A stretch of DNA of 53,234 nt from Gemmatimonadota bacterium (GCA_046758745.1 JBHIAV010000016.1:1-53234); one strand, 5' to 3'; positions 16,773-27,136 are shown, numbered from the stretch's first letter. Notes: generated from the sequence alone by a model not told the origin. Program-made: numbers and translations.

Positions 16773-19472
16773 ATGCGGCGGGGGACCCTGCGGTTCCCCG
16801 CGACCAGAGTGCTTCCGGAGGAGAGCTGCTTGCGCTCGACGCCGACGGGCGCCCCGCTTCGCGGGCGCCGACTCTTCGTATGGGTCATCGCGGCCGCCGG
16901 GGCGGCGGTGCTCGGCTATGCCGGGCTCGGCCTCCTCCTGCGCTCCGCCCTGGATCCGGCGAGCCTGGCAGCGTGGCTCGAGCCACGCCTCTCGGCCGCC
17001 CTCAACCGGAATGTCGAGCTCCGCGGTGTGCGGGTCGCGATCTTCCCGCGCCTCAGCGTACAGCTATCCGGTGTGCGCGTCGAGAACCTGGGCGACTTCG
17101 GCCACCTGCCGCTTGCCACCGTACGCCATGTGCGGCTCTCCCCGCGACTCCTTCCCCTCCTCCGCCGCGAGGTGCGTATCGGGCGCATCCTGATCGAGGA
17201 GCCGCGGGTCCTGCTCCAGGTGGCGCGCGACGGGAGGAGCAACTTCGGCGATTTCGTTCCCGAGGGCGAGGGGGTGACGGATTCCCCCCGGAGGCCGGTC
17301 CTCTCCTTCGATGTGCAGAAGATCGCCATCAGCCGGGGGCGGCTCGGCTACCGGGACGCCCGCCGCGGCCGCTCCCTGCGCCTCAGCGGGATCGACGCGA
17401 CAGCTTCGGTGGCACGGGACCGGTCCGGCGGCTGGAAGCTGGCGGGCTGGGCGACGGCGGACAGCGCGGCCATCCGCCACCCGGCGCTCGGCGGGCGCGA
17501 AGTCGGCGGGATGCGGCTTTCCTTCGACACGGAGGCCCGCGCCGGCCAGCACTTCTCGTGGATCGAGCTCCGCCACGGGAGCGTCCGGCTGAACGACGTC
17601 GAGATGAGCATCTCGGGTCGGATCGACTCGCTCAAGTCGCCGATCCGCACGATGAATGTCGAGGTGGCGTCGGACTCGATCCCGCTGGGAGATCTCCTGG
17701 CCTCCCTCCCGGAGGCGCTCCGCCGACGGCCCGCGTGGGGGGTGCGCGGCGGCGTGACCCTGCGAATCGAAGCGGCCGGGGAGGTGGGGCCCGGCCGGCG
17801 TCCCCGGCTCTCGGGCCTCCTCACCCTTCGCCGAGGCGGCGCCGCACGGGAGAATGGCCCCGAGCTCGCCAGGGGCGTCGAGGGCGAGGCGACGCTCGTC
17901 GGCGACCGCCTCACCATCTCCCGGCTTCGCGGGGAAGCGCTGGGCGGCCCCCTCGCGCTCTCCGGCACCCTCCGGATCGACAGTGCGCGGCGTTTCGACC
18001 TGCGCGTGACCGCGCGTCCGTCCGTTTCGCGGCTCCTCGAGGTGCGCCCGAGCGAGGGGGTGAGCGCGAGCGGCGCGATCGACCTGGATCTCACGCTCTC
18101 CGGCCTTCTCTCCGATCCCGCCGCCACCCGTGCGCGGGGCCGCGCGGACCTCCAGGAGGTGCGCGCCTCGCTCCCACGGCTTCTCGTTCCGGTGGTCGTG
18201 CCGGGCGGCCGGATCGAGCTGACGGGGGATACGGCCACCTGGACCCGCCTGGCGATCGACCTGGGCGAGGATCGGGTGGTCACGAGCGGAACGGCGCGCG
18301 GCCTCTTCGCGTGGCTCCGGTCCCCCGCCGAGGGTCCCGTGGTGACCGGGAGCCTACACGGCCGACGGTTGCTGATGGACGAGATCTTGCCGGTGTCTCC
18401 GAGCTCCGTCGGCTACGGGAGGCTCATCTTTGCGCGTCTCGGCGACCGACCGCTCGACGGCCGCTCAGCGGAGGAGATCGCCCGGGAACGGAAGCTCGCT
18501 CGGCCGACGTCGCTGCCGGCGAGGGGCGAGGTCGCGCTACGCATCGACACCCTCCGGTATCTCCTCCACCGGCTCACCGCCTTGAGCGCCACCTTGCGCT
18601 TCTCCCCCGAGCGCGTGGAGATCGCCGACGCGACGTTCCGCCCGTACGGCGGCACGGGCGGCGGGCGTCTGGAGCTGGAGCTCGGCGACGAGGTGACCGA
18701 GCCGTTCCGGCTCGCCGTGCGTGCGGAGAAGGTTCGCGCCGAGGAGCTCCTCACCACCCTCTCGCCGCTCGGCGGGATCGTGTCCGGCACGCTCACCCTG
18801 CAGCTGGCGATCGACGGACAGCTCGACACCCTCCTCCTCCCCCCGGTGACCTTCCTTCGAGGCGAGGGGAGATTCGCAATCGCCGAGGGAGCGCTCACCC
18901 CGGGTCCCATGGCGAACGCGCTCGCCTCCTTCCTCGGCCTGCCGACGCTCGAGCGGATCGACTTCTCCCGTTGCGAGTCGCCGTTTACCATACGAAACGG
19001 AGCGGTCCACCTCGCGAACGGGCGCATCGCCAGCCCGTCGGCCGCCTATGACATCACCGGTTCGGTCGGGTTCGGAGGCGGGCTGGATCTGGGCGTGTCC
19101 GCGCGTATCTCGGCCGGGCGGGCGCGGACCGTCGCGCCCTCGGGAGGCGGCGCAGGGGCGGAGCTCCTTCGAGGGATGCTGATGGGCGACGGGCCGGTCG
19201 AGGTGGGCTTGCGCATCGGCGGCGATGTATGGAACCCGGAGATCAGGCTGGACCCGGGAGCGATGCGCGATCGGGCCGTGGAGGCGGCGCGCGGCGAGCT
19301 CGACCGTCGGCTCGGCGGCCGGCCGCCCGAGGGGGAGCGAATCGCGGAGGAGGGACAGCGACTGCTCGAGGAGAAAGCGGGTGGGCTCCTTCGCGGCCTG
19401 CTCGGCGACACGACCCGCGCCGCTCCACAGGACAGCGGTGCGCCGGCGAACGGCGCCGGCCGCGAGCCCTGA
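16773..19472 (+). CDS. AsmA-family envelope protein
   Basis: N-terminal TM anchor, AsmA-like N-domain (LLPLLRREVRIGRILIEEP...GRSNF), repeated beta strands, AsmA-C-like region. Confidence 0.82.
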   Translation: MRRGTLRFPATRVLPEESCLRSTPTGAPLRGRRLFVWVIAAAGAAVLGYAGLGLLLRSALDPASLAAWLEPRLSAALNRNVELRGVRVAIFPRLSVQLSGVRVENLGDFGHLPLATVRHVRLSPRLLPLLRREVRIGRILIEEPRVLLQVARDGRSNFGDFVPEGEGVTDSPRRPVLSFDVQKIAISRGRLGYRDARRGRSLRLSGIDATASVARDRSGGWKLAGWATADSAAIRHPALGGREVGGMRLSFDTEARAGQHFSWIELRHGSVRLNDVEMSISGRIDSLKSPIRTMNVEVASDSIPLGDLLASLPEALRRRPAWGVRGGVTLRIEAAGEVGPGRRPRLSGLLTLRRGGAARENGPELARGVEGEATLVGDRLTISRLRGEALGGPLALSGTLRIDSARRFDLRVTARPSVSRLLEVRPSEGVSASGAIDLDLTLSGLLSDPAATRARGRADLQEVRASLPRLLVPVVVPGGRIELTGDTATWTRLAIDLGEDRVVTSGTARGLFAWLRSPAEGPVVTGSLHGRRLLMDEILPVSPSSVGYGRLIFARLGDRPLDGRSAEEIARERKLARPTSLPARGEVALRIDTLRYLLHRLTALSATLRFSPERVEIADATFRPYGGTGGGRLELELGDEVTEPFRLAVRAEKVRAEELLTTLSPLGGIVSGTLTLQLAIDGQLDTLLLPPVTFLRGEGRFAIAEGALTPGPMANALASFLGLPTLERIDFSRCESPFTIRNGAVHLANGRIASPSAAYDITGSVGFGGGLDLGVSARISAGRARTVAPSGGGAGAELLRGMLMGDGPVEVGLRIGGDVWNPEIRLDPGAMRDRAVEAARGELDRRLGGRPPEGERIAEEGQRLLEEKAGGLLRGLLGDTTRAAPQDSGAPANGAGREP

Positions 19473-19497
19473 GTCCGGGACGGAGATGGAGGCCGAG

Positions 19498-20016
19498 GTG
19501 AAGAGGAGATCGTGTGGCGGGGATTCCCGTCCTGCGGCGGCGCGGCGGAGCGTTCCCTTCGGCGCCCTGCCGGCGGCGCGTTGGAGCGTCCTCCTCGGCG
19601 CCACGCTCGCGTCGGCGTGCATCGGCGGCCAGATCCTCCGAGGGTACCCGGGCTACCCGTTCCAGACCTTTGCCACCCCGGCGCCCCCCGACTCCGTCTT
19701 CCTGGAGCTGCAGGGCCTGCTCGGCGACGCCGGCTACCCGCTCGACTACACCCGTCGGGAGACCGGCCTGATCAACACCAGGCGGTCGGACGACATCGCC
19801 GAGCCCCTCTTCCTCAGCGTCGTGGTCGGACCGGACACGGCCAGCGAGGGATCGCGGGTCTGGGTGACCGGCTTCGTCGAGACACTGACCGGCCCGCGGC
19901 GGGTCAACCCGAAAGACGTCGATCTGTGGGCCGAGGTGGCGGCGGTCAGCGAGCGCCTGTCCAGCGCCCTGCACGGCACGGCGCCTACCGGGCCCGAGCC
20001 CCCGGAAGCGCCCTAG
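19498..20016 (+). CDS. putative lipoprotein
   Basis: Basic N-terminus, hydrophobic stretch and lipobox-like LASAC; GTG after GGAGG (ATG 19486 is an alternative). Confidence 0.65.
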   Translation: MKRRSCGGDSRPAAARRSVPFGALPAARWSVLLGATLASACIGGQILRGYPGYPFQTFATPAPPDSVFLELQGLLGDAGYPLDYTRRETGLINTRRSDDIAEPLFLSVVVGPDTASEGSRVWVTGFVETLTGPRRVNPKDVDLWAEVAAVSERLSSALHGTAPTGPEPPEAP

Positions 20017-20040
20017 CGGGGGCGGTACGACGAAACCGGT

Positions 20041-20634
20041 TCAGTAGGCAGGGAGGAGGTCGCCCGTGCCGCCGGAGGGGTTTCGCGCAATGATCGTCCC
20101 CGAAGAGTCGCAGCCGCCCCCCGACCCACCCGACACACGGATTCCGCCACTTCCACCAGCCCGGCGTCGACCCGCGATAGCCGCCAGCACCTCGATCGGA
20201 CGATCGTCGATCGGGCGCAGACCCCTCGGGTCGGGCTTCTTCCGGATGAGGAGGTCCTCGACGGAGGCGTAGGCCGTCACCACGGAGGGCCTCTCGTCCT
20301 CCTCCAGCTCCACCATTTCCAGGAAGAGGCGCGGCGTGGGAACGGCGGACGCCAGCGAAGCCGTCACTGGAATCCGCCCCGGAAGAGCCGCGAGCGAGGC
20401 AGCGCCGGCCGAGGCCTTCGCGGGCGCCGCCCGCGGCTCTCGAATCTGCACGACCTGGATCGGCCGCTCGACGAAGTCCTCGGCCGGGGACGGGAGGCGA
20501 ACGCGGCTGTCGGTGAGGGGTGCGGGTTCCAACCGCACGAAGGCGAGGATCACTCCATGCGCGAGGATCGACACCGCGATCCCGATTCGCAGCTTGCGCC
20601 GGTAGCTCCTGTCCGCCTGTGCTCGTGCACTCAT
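20041..20634 (-). CDS. membrane-anchored hypothetical protein with TonB/TolA-like N-terminal helix
   Basis: IGIAVSILAHGVILAF (SxxxH) then a low-complexity region; ATG after GAGGAG. Confidence 0.6.
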   Translation of the reverse strand: MSARAQADRSYRRKLRIGIAVSILAHGVILAFVRLEPAPLTDSRVRLPSPAEDFVERPIQVVQIREPRAAPAKASAGAASLAALPGRIPVTASLASAVPTPRLFLEMVELEEDERPSVVTAYASVEDLLIRKKPDPRGLRPIDDRPIEVLAAIAGRRRAGGSGGIRVSGGSGGGCDSSGTIIARNPSGGTGDLLPAY

Positions 20635-20757
20635 CAGCCGACTCCTCGTCCAACCGGGCCGCGCCGCGCCCGGGCCTTCACTCCCCCTCCGATCGGGCGG
20701 AGAGAGAACCTCGGACCACACAAGTAAACCCGACCGGGCGCGCGGAGTTCCCAAGGC

Positions 20758-21276
20758 TCAGATGGCCGCGCGGTCCGCTTTCAACCGATCACCCATCCCC
20801 GAGGCGGCCGCCGACAAGGCGTCCTCACCGAACACGAGCCCCGTGTCCGCCTCCTCCGACGACGCCGCCTCCGACTCGAGCAGACGTCGGTTCCACAGGA
20901 CCTTCTTGATCGCCGCCTTGAGGGTGCCGAGGGCGAGGGTGGCGCAGCGCGGACGCGTCGAGACGATGTCACGGCCCAGCAGGTCGATCATCGCCTCGTA
21001 GTCGAAGTCGAGAATGTCGTTCAGCAGCGGGTCGTTCCTGCGCATCCACTCGGAGAGGATGGAGGCGGCGGCCATGCTGATCGTGCAGCCGTCTCCCTCC
21101 CACGCAAATCCGGCGAGGCGCTTCCCTTCTCCGTCGGCGCGGACGTGCATCGTCACCACGTCGCCACATCCGGGGTTTCCGCCGGGCATGCTGACCTCGG
21201 GGTCCTCCAGCGCCCCTTTGTTGCGGGGGCGCTGGTAGTGGCCGACCAGGTATTCGATCCGTGTCTGCCGATCCAT
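20758..21276 (-). CDS. SufU/IscU-type Fe-S scaffold or sulfur-transfer protein
   Basis: HYQRPRNKG, NPGCGD, GCTISMAAAS, RPRCATL. Confidence 0.9.
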   Translation of the reverse strand: MDRQTRIEYLVGHYQRPRNKGALEDPEVSMPGGNPGCGDVVTMHVRADGEGKRLAGFAWEGDGCTISMAAASILSEWMRRNDPLLNDILDFDYEAMIDLLGRDIVSTRPRCATLALGTLKAAIKKVLWNRRLLESEAASSEEADTGLVFGEDALSAAASGMGDRLKADRAAI

Positions 21277-21291
21277 GCCCGGCGCCGCGTC

Positions 21292-22176
21292 CTACTTCTC
21301 GATGGGGGCGCGGACGAGGTTGCCCCATTCCGTCCAGGATCCGTCGTAATTCCGCACCGTCGGGAAGCCGAGCAGGTACTTCAGCACGAAATAGGTGTGG
21401 CTCGAGCGCTCGCCGATGCGGCAGTATGCGATGATGTCCTTCTCGGCACTCAGCCCGGCTCCGTCCACGTAGATCTCCCGCAGCTCGTTGATCGGCCGGA
21501 ACGTGCCGTCCTCATTCGCCGCCTTGCCCCACGGCACGTTCTTGGCTCCGGGGATGTGACCGCCACGTTGCGCGCCCTCGTTCGGGTAGTCGGGCATGTG
21601 CAGACGCTGCCCCGTGTATTCCTCGGGCGAGCGAACATCGATGAGCGGGTGGTCGCGACGGATATGGTCGATCACGTCGTCGCGGAAGGCTCGCGTCGGC
21701 CAGTCGGTGCGCTCCGGAACGGTGTAGCTCCCCTTCGGGAACTTCGGGATCTCTTTCGTGAACTCGCGCCCCTCCTCCTCCCACTTCTTGCGACCGCCAT
21801 CCATTATCCGCAGGTTCCGATGCCCGAACAGCTCGAACACCCACAGGGCATAGCACGCCCACCAGTTGTTCTTGTCGCCGTAAAGGACGACGGTCGTGTC
21901 GTCAGAGATGCCGTTCTCCTCCATCAGCCTGGCGAACGCCTCGGCATCGAGGTAGTCGCGGCTCAGCGGATCCTGGAGATCGGTGTGCCAGTCGATCTTC
22001 ACGGCGTTCTTGATGTGCCCGATGTCGTACAGCAGCACGTCCTCGTTGGACTCGACGATGCGAATGTCCTCCCGGTCCAGGTTCTCCGCCACCCATTCGG
22101 TGGTGACGAGGCGCTCCGGGTGAGCGTAGCCCTGGATCTTCTCGCTGACGACCTCGGTGGTGGCTTGGGTTGTCAT
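21292..22176 (-). CDS. tandem-rhodanese sulfurtransferase (SseA/CysA-like)
   Basis: [22 protein letters not shown], active-site [18 protein letters not shown] after GGAGG. Confidence 0.94.
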   Translation of the reverse strand: MTTQATTEVVSEKIQGYAHPERLVTTEWVAENLDREDIRIVESNEDVLLYDIGHIKNAVKIDWHTDLQDPLSRDYLDAEAFARLMEENGISDDTTVVLYGDKNNWWACYALWVFELFGHRNLRIMDGGRKKWEEEGREFTKEIPKFPKGSYTVPERTDWPTRAFRDDVIDHIRRDHPLIDVRSPEEYTGQRLHMPDYPNEGAQRGGHIPGAKNVPWGKAANEDGTFRPINELREIYVDGAGLSAEKDIIAYCRIGERSSHTYFVLKYLLGFPTVRNYDGSWTEWGNLVRAPIEK

Positions 22177-22494
22177 AAGTGCCTCCTGCGGTGTGTTTGA
22201 ACATGTATGCCGCCGGGCTCTGGCGAGCGGCGGGGACCCCCGTGCGATCACGTGGAAAGCGACTTTACCGACAGGCGTTCCGGGCTGCTGGCCGGAGAGC
22301 CTCGGCGCCGCGCCATGTTAACACGCGGGCGGCGGGCTCGCACGCCTCGGCCTGCCCGGCCGAGCGGGGACAGGAGGGGGCGCGCACGTCTCGACGATGT
22401 CGAGGGACGCCCCTCCCGCGCTCCGGTCGGTGCACCTCCCGACCGCTTCCCCTCACCCATATCATATTCTTATGGACAGGAAGGGAACACCCTG

Positions 22495-23202
22495 ATGTGC
22501 GGCCGGTTCACCCTGGCCACGCCCTCGGAGGCATGGGCGGAGATCTTCGGGGTCGACGACGTGCCCGATCTCCCGCCTCGGTACAACATCGCTCCGTCGC
22601 AGGAGGTGGCGGCGGTGCGGCTGGTGCCCGACGGCTCTGGGCGGGAACTCGCCTTCCTCCGCTGGGGACTGATCCCCGCCTGGGCGCCGCGCGCGGATCC
22701 GGGCGCTCGCACGATCAACGCACGCGCAGAGACGATCGACCGTCGCCCCTCGTACCGGGACGCCTTCCGCGAGCGTCGCTGCCTTGTCGTGGCGGACGGC
22801 TTCTACGAGTGGCAGCCGGCCGGCAGGAGGAAGAAGCCCTACTATGTCCGCCTTCGGGACGGCTCACCGTTTGCCTTCGCCGGACTGTGGGAGCGCTGGT
22901 GGGGACCCGCTGGAAGCGCGCTCGACAGCTGCACGATCGTGACCACGCGGGCGAACGACCTCCTGCGGCCTCTGCACGACCGCATGCCGGTCATCCTGAC
23001 GCCCGAGCAGGGTGCCGGGTGGTTGGACCGGGAAGGACGCCCGAAGGAGCTCAAGGCGCTTCTGCGACCCGTGCCCGACGATGCCCTCGTCTTCTATCCG
23101 GTGGGGACGCAGGTGAACCGGACGGAGTTCGACGCCCCCGAGTGCATCGCGCCGCTCCAGGAGCCACGGCTTCCCTCCCAGTTTCGGCTCGACCTCCCCT
23201 AG
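22495..23202 (+). CDS. SOS-response-associated peptidase (SRAP/YedK/HMCES abasic-site protein)
   Basis: N-terminal MCGRF, RYNIAPSQ, INARAET, DGFYEW, HDRMPVIL. Confidence 0.95.
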   Translation: MCGRFTLATPSEAWAEIFGVDDVPDLPPRYNIAPSQEVAAVRLVPDGSGRELAFLRWGLIPAWAPRADPGARTINARAETIDRRPSYRDAFRERRCLVVADGFYEWQPAGRRKKPYYVRLRDGSPFAFAGLWERWWGPAGSALDSCTIVTTRANDLLRPLHDRMPVILTPEQGAGWLDREGRPKELKALLRPVPDDALVFYPVGTQVNRTEFDAPECIAPLQEPRLPSQFRLDLP

Positions 23203-23484
23203 CCGGTCCCGGACCCTGCGGGGGCGGCCATCGGGGTCCGGCTTGAGCCGCACGCCTTTCGTGGCGAGCCAGGGAGCGGATGCCTAACTTGCGCCAGGCT
23301 CGATGATCAGGCGGTGGGCTCTGTTTCAAGGCCGGCGCGTCGCCTTCCGCCCGGGTGACGCCGGAGCGTATGCAGGCCGCGTCGACCGGGACCGAATGGA
23401 TGGCGTCCCCGGTCGCCGCACGGCCCGCACTCTGGACGGCCCGCAAGATGTACGTCCCGCCCGAACAGCAGGAGAGCATGCTCC

Positions 23485-24501
23485 ATGGTCACGGTGAGAG
23501 AACACCCGCGTGGCGCTCGTGAGTCCGCTCTCACGTCCGGCGTCATTCCGATCCGGCAGCGCAATCCGGGCGTCCCGCTCGAGCTCGAGTGGGTGCGGGG
23601 CGTGCGCGTGAACCTTAGCGCGGTCGAGCGGCGCGCGGCCACGCTGGGGCGGCGGCGATCGATCAAGAAGGCCCAGCAGGCGGCTTGGCTTCTCCGGGCC
23701 ATCACCTGCATCGACCTCACCACTCTCGCCGGCGATGACACGCCGGGTCGGGTGCGACGGCTGTGCGCCAAGGCGCGGCAGCCGGTGCGAGGCGACCTTC
23801 TCGCCGCGCTGGGGGTCGAGGAGCTCCACACCCGGGTAGCGGCCGTGTGCGTATACCACGCCATGGTGGAGACCGCGGCGGAGGCGCTGCGCGGGTCGGG
23901 GATCCCGGTGGCCGCGGTTTCCACCGGCTTCCCGGCCGGCCTCAACCCGTTCCCCCAGAGGGTCGCCGAGATCGAAGCCTCGGTGGCGGCAGGCGCCTCG
24001 GAGATCGACGTGGTGATCACCCGGGCGCACGTCCTCACCGGCGATTGGGAGGCGCTCTATCACGAGGTGCGGACTTTCCGGGAGGCGAGCGGCGACGCGC
24101 ACATCAAGACGATCCTCGCCACGGGCGAGTTGGGAACGCTGCGCAACGTGGCGAAGGCGAGTCTCGTCTGCATGATGGCCGGCGCCGATTTCATCAAGAC
24201 CTCGACGGGGAAGGAGAGCGTGAACGCGACTCTGCCCGTCGGCCTCGTGATGGCGCGCGCGATCCGGCAGTACAGGGAGCTCACCGGCCACTCCGTGGGC
24301 TTGAAGGCCGCCGGCGGGATTCGCACGGCGAAGTCCACCCTGGCGTGGCTCGCCATGATGAAGGACGAGCTCGGCGATCCGTGGACGCGCCGCGGGCTCT
24401 TCCGCTTCGGAGCGAGCTCTCTCCTCGCGGACATCGAACGGCAGCTCGAGCACCACGTTACCGGCCGGTACTCGGCCTCGTTCCGCCACCCCATGGCGTA
24501 G
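23485..24501 (+). CDS. deoC: deoxyribose-phosphate aldolase
   Basis: IDLTTL, AAVCVY, STGFPAG, EIDVVI, DFIKTSTGK, KAAGGI, RFGASSLL. Confidence 0.95.
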   Translation: MVTVREHPRGARESALTSGVIPIRQRNPGVPLELEWVRGVRVNLSAVERRAATLGRRRSIKKAQQAAWLLRAITCIDLTTLAGDDTPGRVRRLCAKARQPVRGDLLAALGVEELHTRVAAVCVYHAMVETAAEALRGSGIPVAAVSTGFPAGLNPFPQRVAEIEASVAAGASEIDVVITRAHVLTGDWEALYHEVRTFREASGDAHIKTILATGELGTLRNVAKASLVCMMAGADFIKTSTGKESVNATLPVGLVMARAIRQYRELTGHSVGLKAAGGIRTAKSTLAWLAMMKDELGDPWTRRGLFRFGASSLLADIERQLEHHVTGRYSASFRHPMA

Positions 24502-24512
24502 GAAAGCGAGCG

Positions 24513-26942
24513 ATGACGACGAAGACGATCGCCGAGCTGTTCGAAACGCTGGAGTACGGCCCCGCTCCGGAGAGCCGGGCACCCGCCGCGGCGTGGCTCA
24601 AGGAGCGGGGGCGGAGCTTCGGCCTTTTCATCGGGGGGGAGTGGCGGGAGCCGGCGGCGGGCGAGCGCTTCGACACGGTGAACCCAGGCACGGGCGAGCC
24701 GTTGGCGAGCATCGCGCAGGGGGACGCGGAGGACGTGAACGCGGCGGTTCGGGCCGCGCGAAACGCATACCCGGCGTGGCGGGAGCTCGGCGGTCACGGA
24801 CGCGCCCGTTTTCTGTACGCCCTCGCCCGTCAGGTGCAGAAGCACGCGCGGCTCTTCTCGGTGCTCGAGTCGCTCGACAACGGGAAGCCGATTCGCGAAT
24901 CGCGCGACATCGACATCCCGCTCGTGGTCCGACACTTCTACCACCATGCGGGTTGGGCGCAGCTCATGGAGCGGCAGTTGGCCGGCTATGTGCCCGTCGG
25001 GGTGGTGGGTCAGATCATCCCGTGGAACTTCCCCCTCCTCATGCTGGCGTGGAAGATCGCGCCGGCTCTCGCCACGGGAAACACGGTGGTGCTCAAGCCG
25101 GCGGAGTTCACCCCGCTCACCTCCCTGGCATTCGCGGAGCTGTGTACGGAGGTGGGTCTCCCCGCGGGGGTGGTGAACGTGGTGACCGGGGATGGCCGGA
25201 CGGGGGAGGCGATCGTTCGCCACCCCGACGTGGACAAGATCGCCTTCACGGGCTCGACGGAGGTGGGACGGCTCATCCGGGCGGCCACGGCGGGGAGCGG
25301 CAAGAAGCTCTCGCTCGAGCTGGGCGGCAAGTCGCCGTTCCTCGTGTTCGAGGACGCGGATCTCGACAGCGTGGTCGAGGGGGTCGTCGACGCCATCTGG
25401 TTCAACCAGGGACAGGTCTGCTGCGCGGGCTCGCGCATCCTCGTGCAGGAAGGCGTCGCGGAGCAGCTGGTCGAGAAGCTGCGCGCCCGCATGGAGACCC
25501 TCCGCATCGGGGACCCGCTCGACAAGGCTGTGGACATCGGCGCGATCATCGCGCCCGTGCAGCTCGACAAGATCCGCCGCCTGGTCGCGCAGGGAGAGGA
25601 GGAAGGGGCCAGGATGTGGCAGCCCTCGTGGAGCTGCCCGACCGACGGTTACTTCTTCCCGCCCACGCTGTTCACGAACGTCACGCCGGCCGCCACGATC
25701 GCACAGGTGGAGATCTTCGGCCCGGTCGTGGTCCTCATGACCTTCCGTACCCCGGCCGAGTCCGTAGAGCTCGCCAATAACACGCGCTACGGCCTCGCGG
25801 CGAGCGTGTGGACCGAGAACATCAACCTGGCACTCGACATCGCTCCTCGCATCAAGGCGGGGACAGTGTGGGTCAACTGTACGAACCTGTTCGATGCCGC
25901 CTCCGGCTTCGGTGGCTACCGGGAGAGCGGCTTCGGCCGCGAAGGCGGGCGCGAGGGGCTGTGGGAGTACGTGAAGCCCCGATGGGAGGAGGAGCGCGAG
26001 GCATCAACCACGGCCTCCGATGACGGTGAGCGACAGGCCTTGGAGGCGCTCTCCGGCGCTGAGACGGGAGGCGCCGGCGTGCGGCTTCCGGCCATCGATC
26101 GCACGGCGAAGATGTACATCGGCGGGAAGCAGGTGCGGCCGGACGCCGAGTACGCCGTGCAGGTGAAGGACCCCACCGGGCGACTGGTGGGCGAGGTCGG
26201 GAAGGGGAACCGGAAGGATGTACGGAACGCGGTCGAGGCGGCGCACAAGGCTTCGAAGTGGGGCGGCGCCACGGCCCACGACCGGGCCCAGGTTCTCTTC
26301 TACCTGGCCGAGAACCTCTCAGCGCGCGAGGCCGAGTTCGCGGACCGGATCGATCGCATGACCGGGTGCGGCGGGGAAACGGCGTCGCGCGAGGTGGACC
26401 TCACGATCCGGCGGCTCTTCACCTACGCGGCGCTGGCGGACAAGTGGGACGGCTACGTGCACCACACGCCCTTCCGCAACGTCACCCTCGCCATGCCCGA
26501 GCCGCTCGGCGTGATCGCCATCGCGTGCCCGACCGAGCGGCCGCTCCTCGGCTTCGTCTCCCTGGTGGCGCCTGCCATCGCGATGGGGAACGCGGTGGTC
26601 GCCGTTCCCTCGGAGCGCTGGCCGCTGGCCGCCACCGATCTCTATCAGGTGCTCGCCACCTCGGATGTCCCCGGGGGCGTGGTGAACATCGTGACCGGGC
26701 TGCGAGACGAGCTGTCCGAGGTGCTCGCCGCGCACGACGACGTGGACGGGCTGTGGTACTTCGGCACGCGCGAGGGAAGCGAGGCGGTGGAGCGGCTGTC
26801 GACCGGCAACATGAAGCGGACCTGGGTCGACTACGGTCATGCGCGCGACTGGGCCGACCCCGTACAGGGCGAGGGCGAGGAGTTCCTCCGGCAGGCCACC
26901 CAGGTGAAGAACATCTGGGTGCCGTACGGGGAGATCGTATAA
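24513..26942 (+). CDS. aldehyde dehydrogenase with duplicated C-terminal Rossmann domain (ALDH16-like)
   Basis: IPWNFP, FTGSTEVG, LELGGK, GQVCCAG, EIFGP, then a second truncated ALDH-like domain; 809 aa from ATG 24513. Confidence 0.92.
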   Translation: MTTKTIAELFETLEYGPAPESRAPAAAWLKERGRSFGLFIGGEWREPAAGERFDTVNPGTGEPLASIAQGDAEDVNAAVRAARNAYPAWRELGGHGRARFLYALARQVQKHARLFSVLESLDNGKPIRESRDIDIPLVVRHFYHHAGWAQLMERQLAGYVPVGVVGQIIPWNFPLLMLAWKIAPALATGNTVVLKPAEFTPLTSLAFAELCTEVGLPAGVVNVVTGDGRTGEAIVRHPDVDKIAFTGSTEVGRLIRAATAGSGKKLSLELGGKSPFLVFEDADLDSVVEGVVDAIWFNQGQVCCAGSRILVQEGVAEQLVEKLRARMETLRIGDPLDKAVDIGAIIAPVQLDKIRRLVAQGEEEGARMWQPSWSCPTDGYFFPPTLFTNVTPAATIAQVEIFGPVVVLMTFRTPAESVELANNTRYGLAASVWTENINLALDIAPRIKAGTVWVNCTNLFDAASGFGGYRESGFGREGGREGLWEYVKPRWEEEREASTTASDDGERQALEALSGAETGGAGVRLPAIDRTAKMYIGGKQVRPDAEYAVQVKDPTGRLVGEVGKGNRKDVRNAVEAAHKASKWGGATAHDRAQVLFYLAENLSAREAEFADRIDRMTGCGGETASREVDLTIRRLFTYAALADKWDGYVHHTPFRNVTLAMPEPLGVIAIACPTERPLLGFVSLVAPAIAMGNAVVAVPSERWPLAATDLYQVLATSDVPGGVVNIVTGLRDELSEVLAAHDDVDGLWYFGTREGSEAVERLSTGNMKRTWVDYGHARDWADPVQGEGEEFLRQATQVKNIWVPYGEIV

Positions 26943-26988
26943 GTCGGGGCCGTCCCCCGAGCATCTCGTCAGCCGGAACTACAAATGC

Positions 26989-27023
26989 GAGCGGCCGCAT
27001 CCGGGCTCCGGAAGCGGCCGCTC
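26989..27023. terminator. GC-rich hairpin between convergent genes
   Basis: GAGCGGCCGC-A-TCCGG-GCT-CCGGA-A-GCGGCCGCTC, a 15-bp stem with one mismatch. Confidence 0.55.
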
Positions 27024-27136
27024 CTGGCGCGGCGAGGGCGGGCGCTCGATCGCGTACCCGCAGCCTCGCCATTACCGGGTCCGCGAACCGGCGCGCCGGC
27101 CGCGGCCCGGTCGCCAGCCGAGGCTCCACGTGAACC

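Noticed and set aside
22195-22212. GAAC-ATGT-ATGC as a Gram-positive-type LexA box
   Set aside because: The right half-site mismatches GTTC and it is about 290 bp from SRAP.
23763-24512. Apparent N-terminal extension making a 1059-aa ALDH
   Set aside because: Overlaps deoC out of frame; the real start is ATG 24513.
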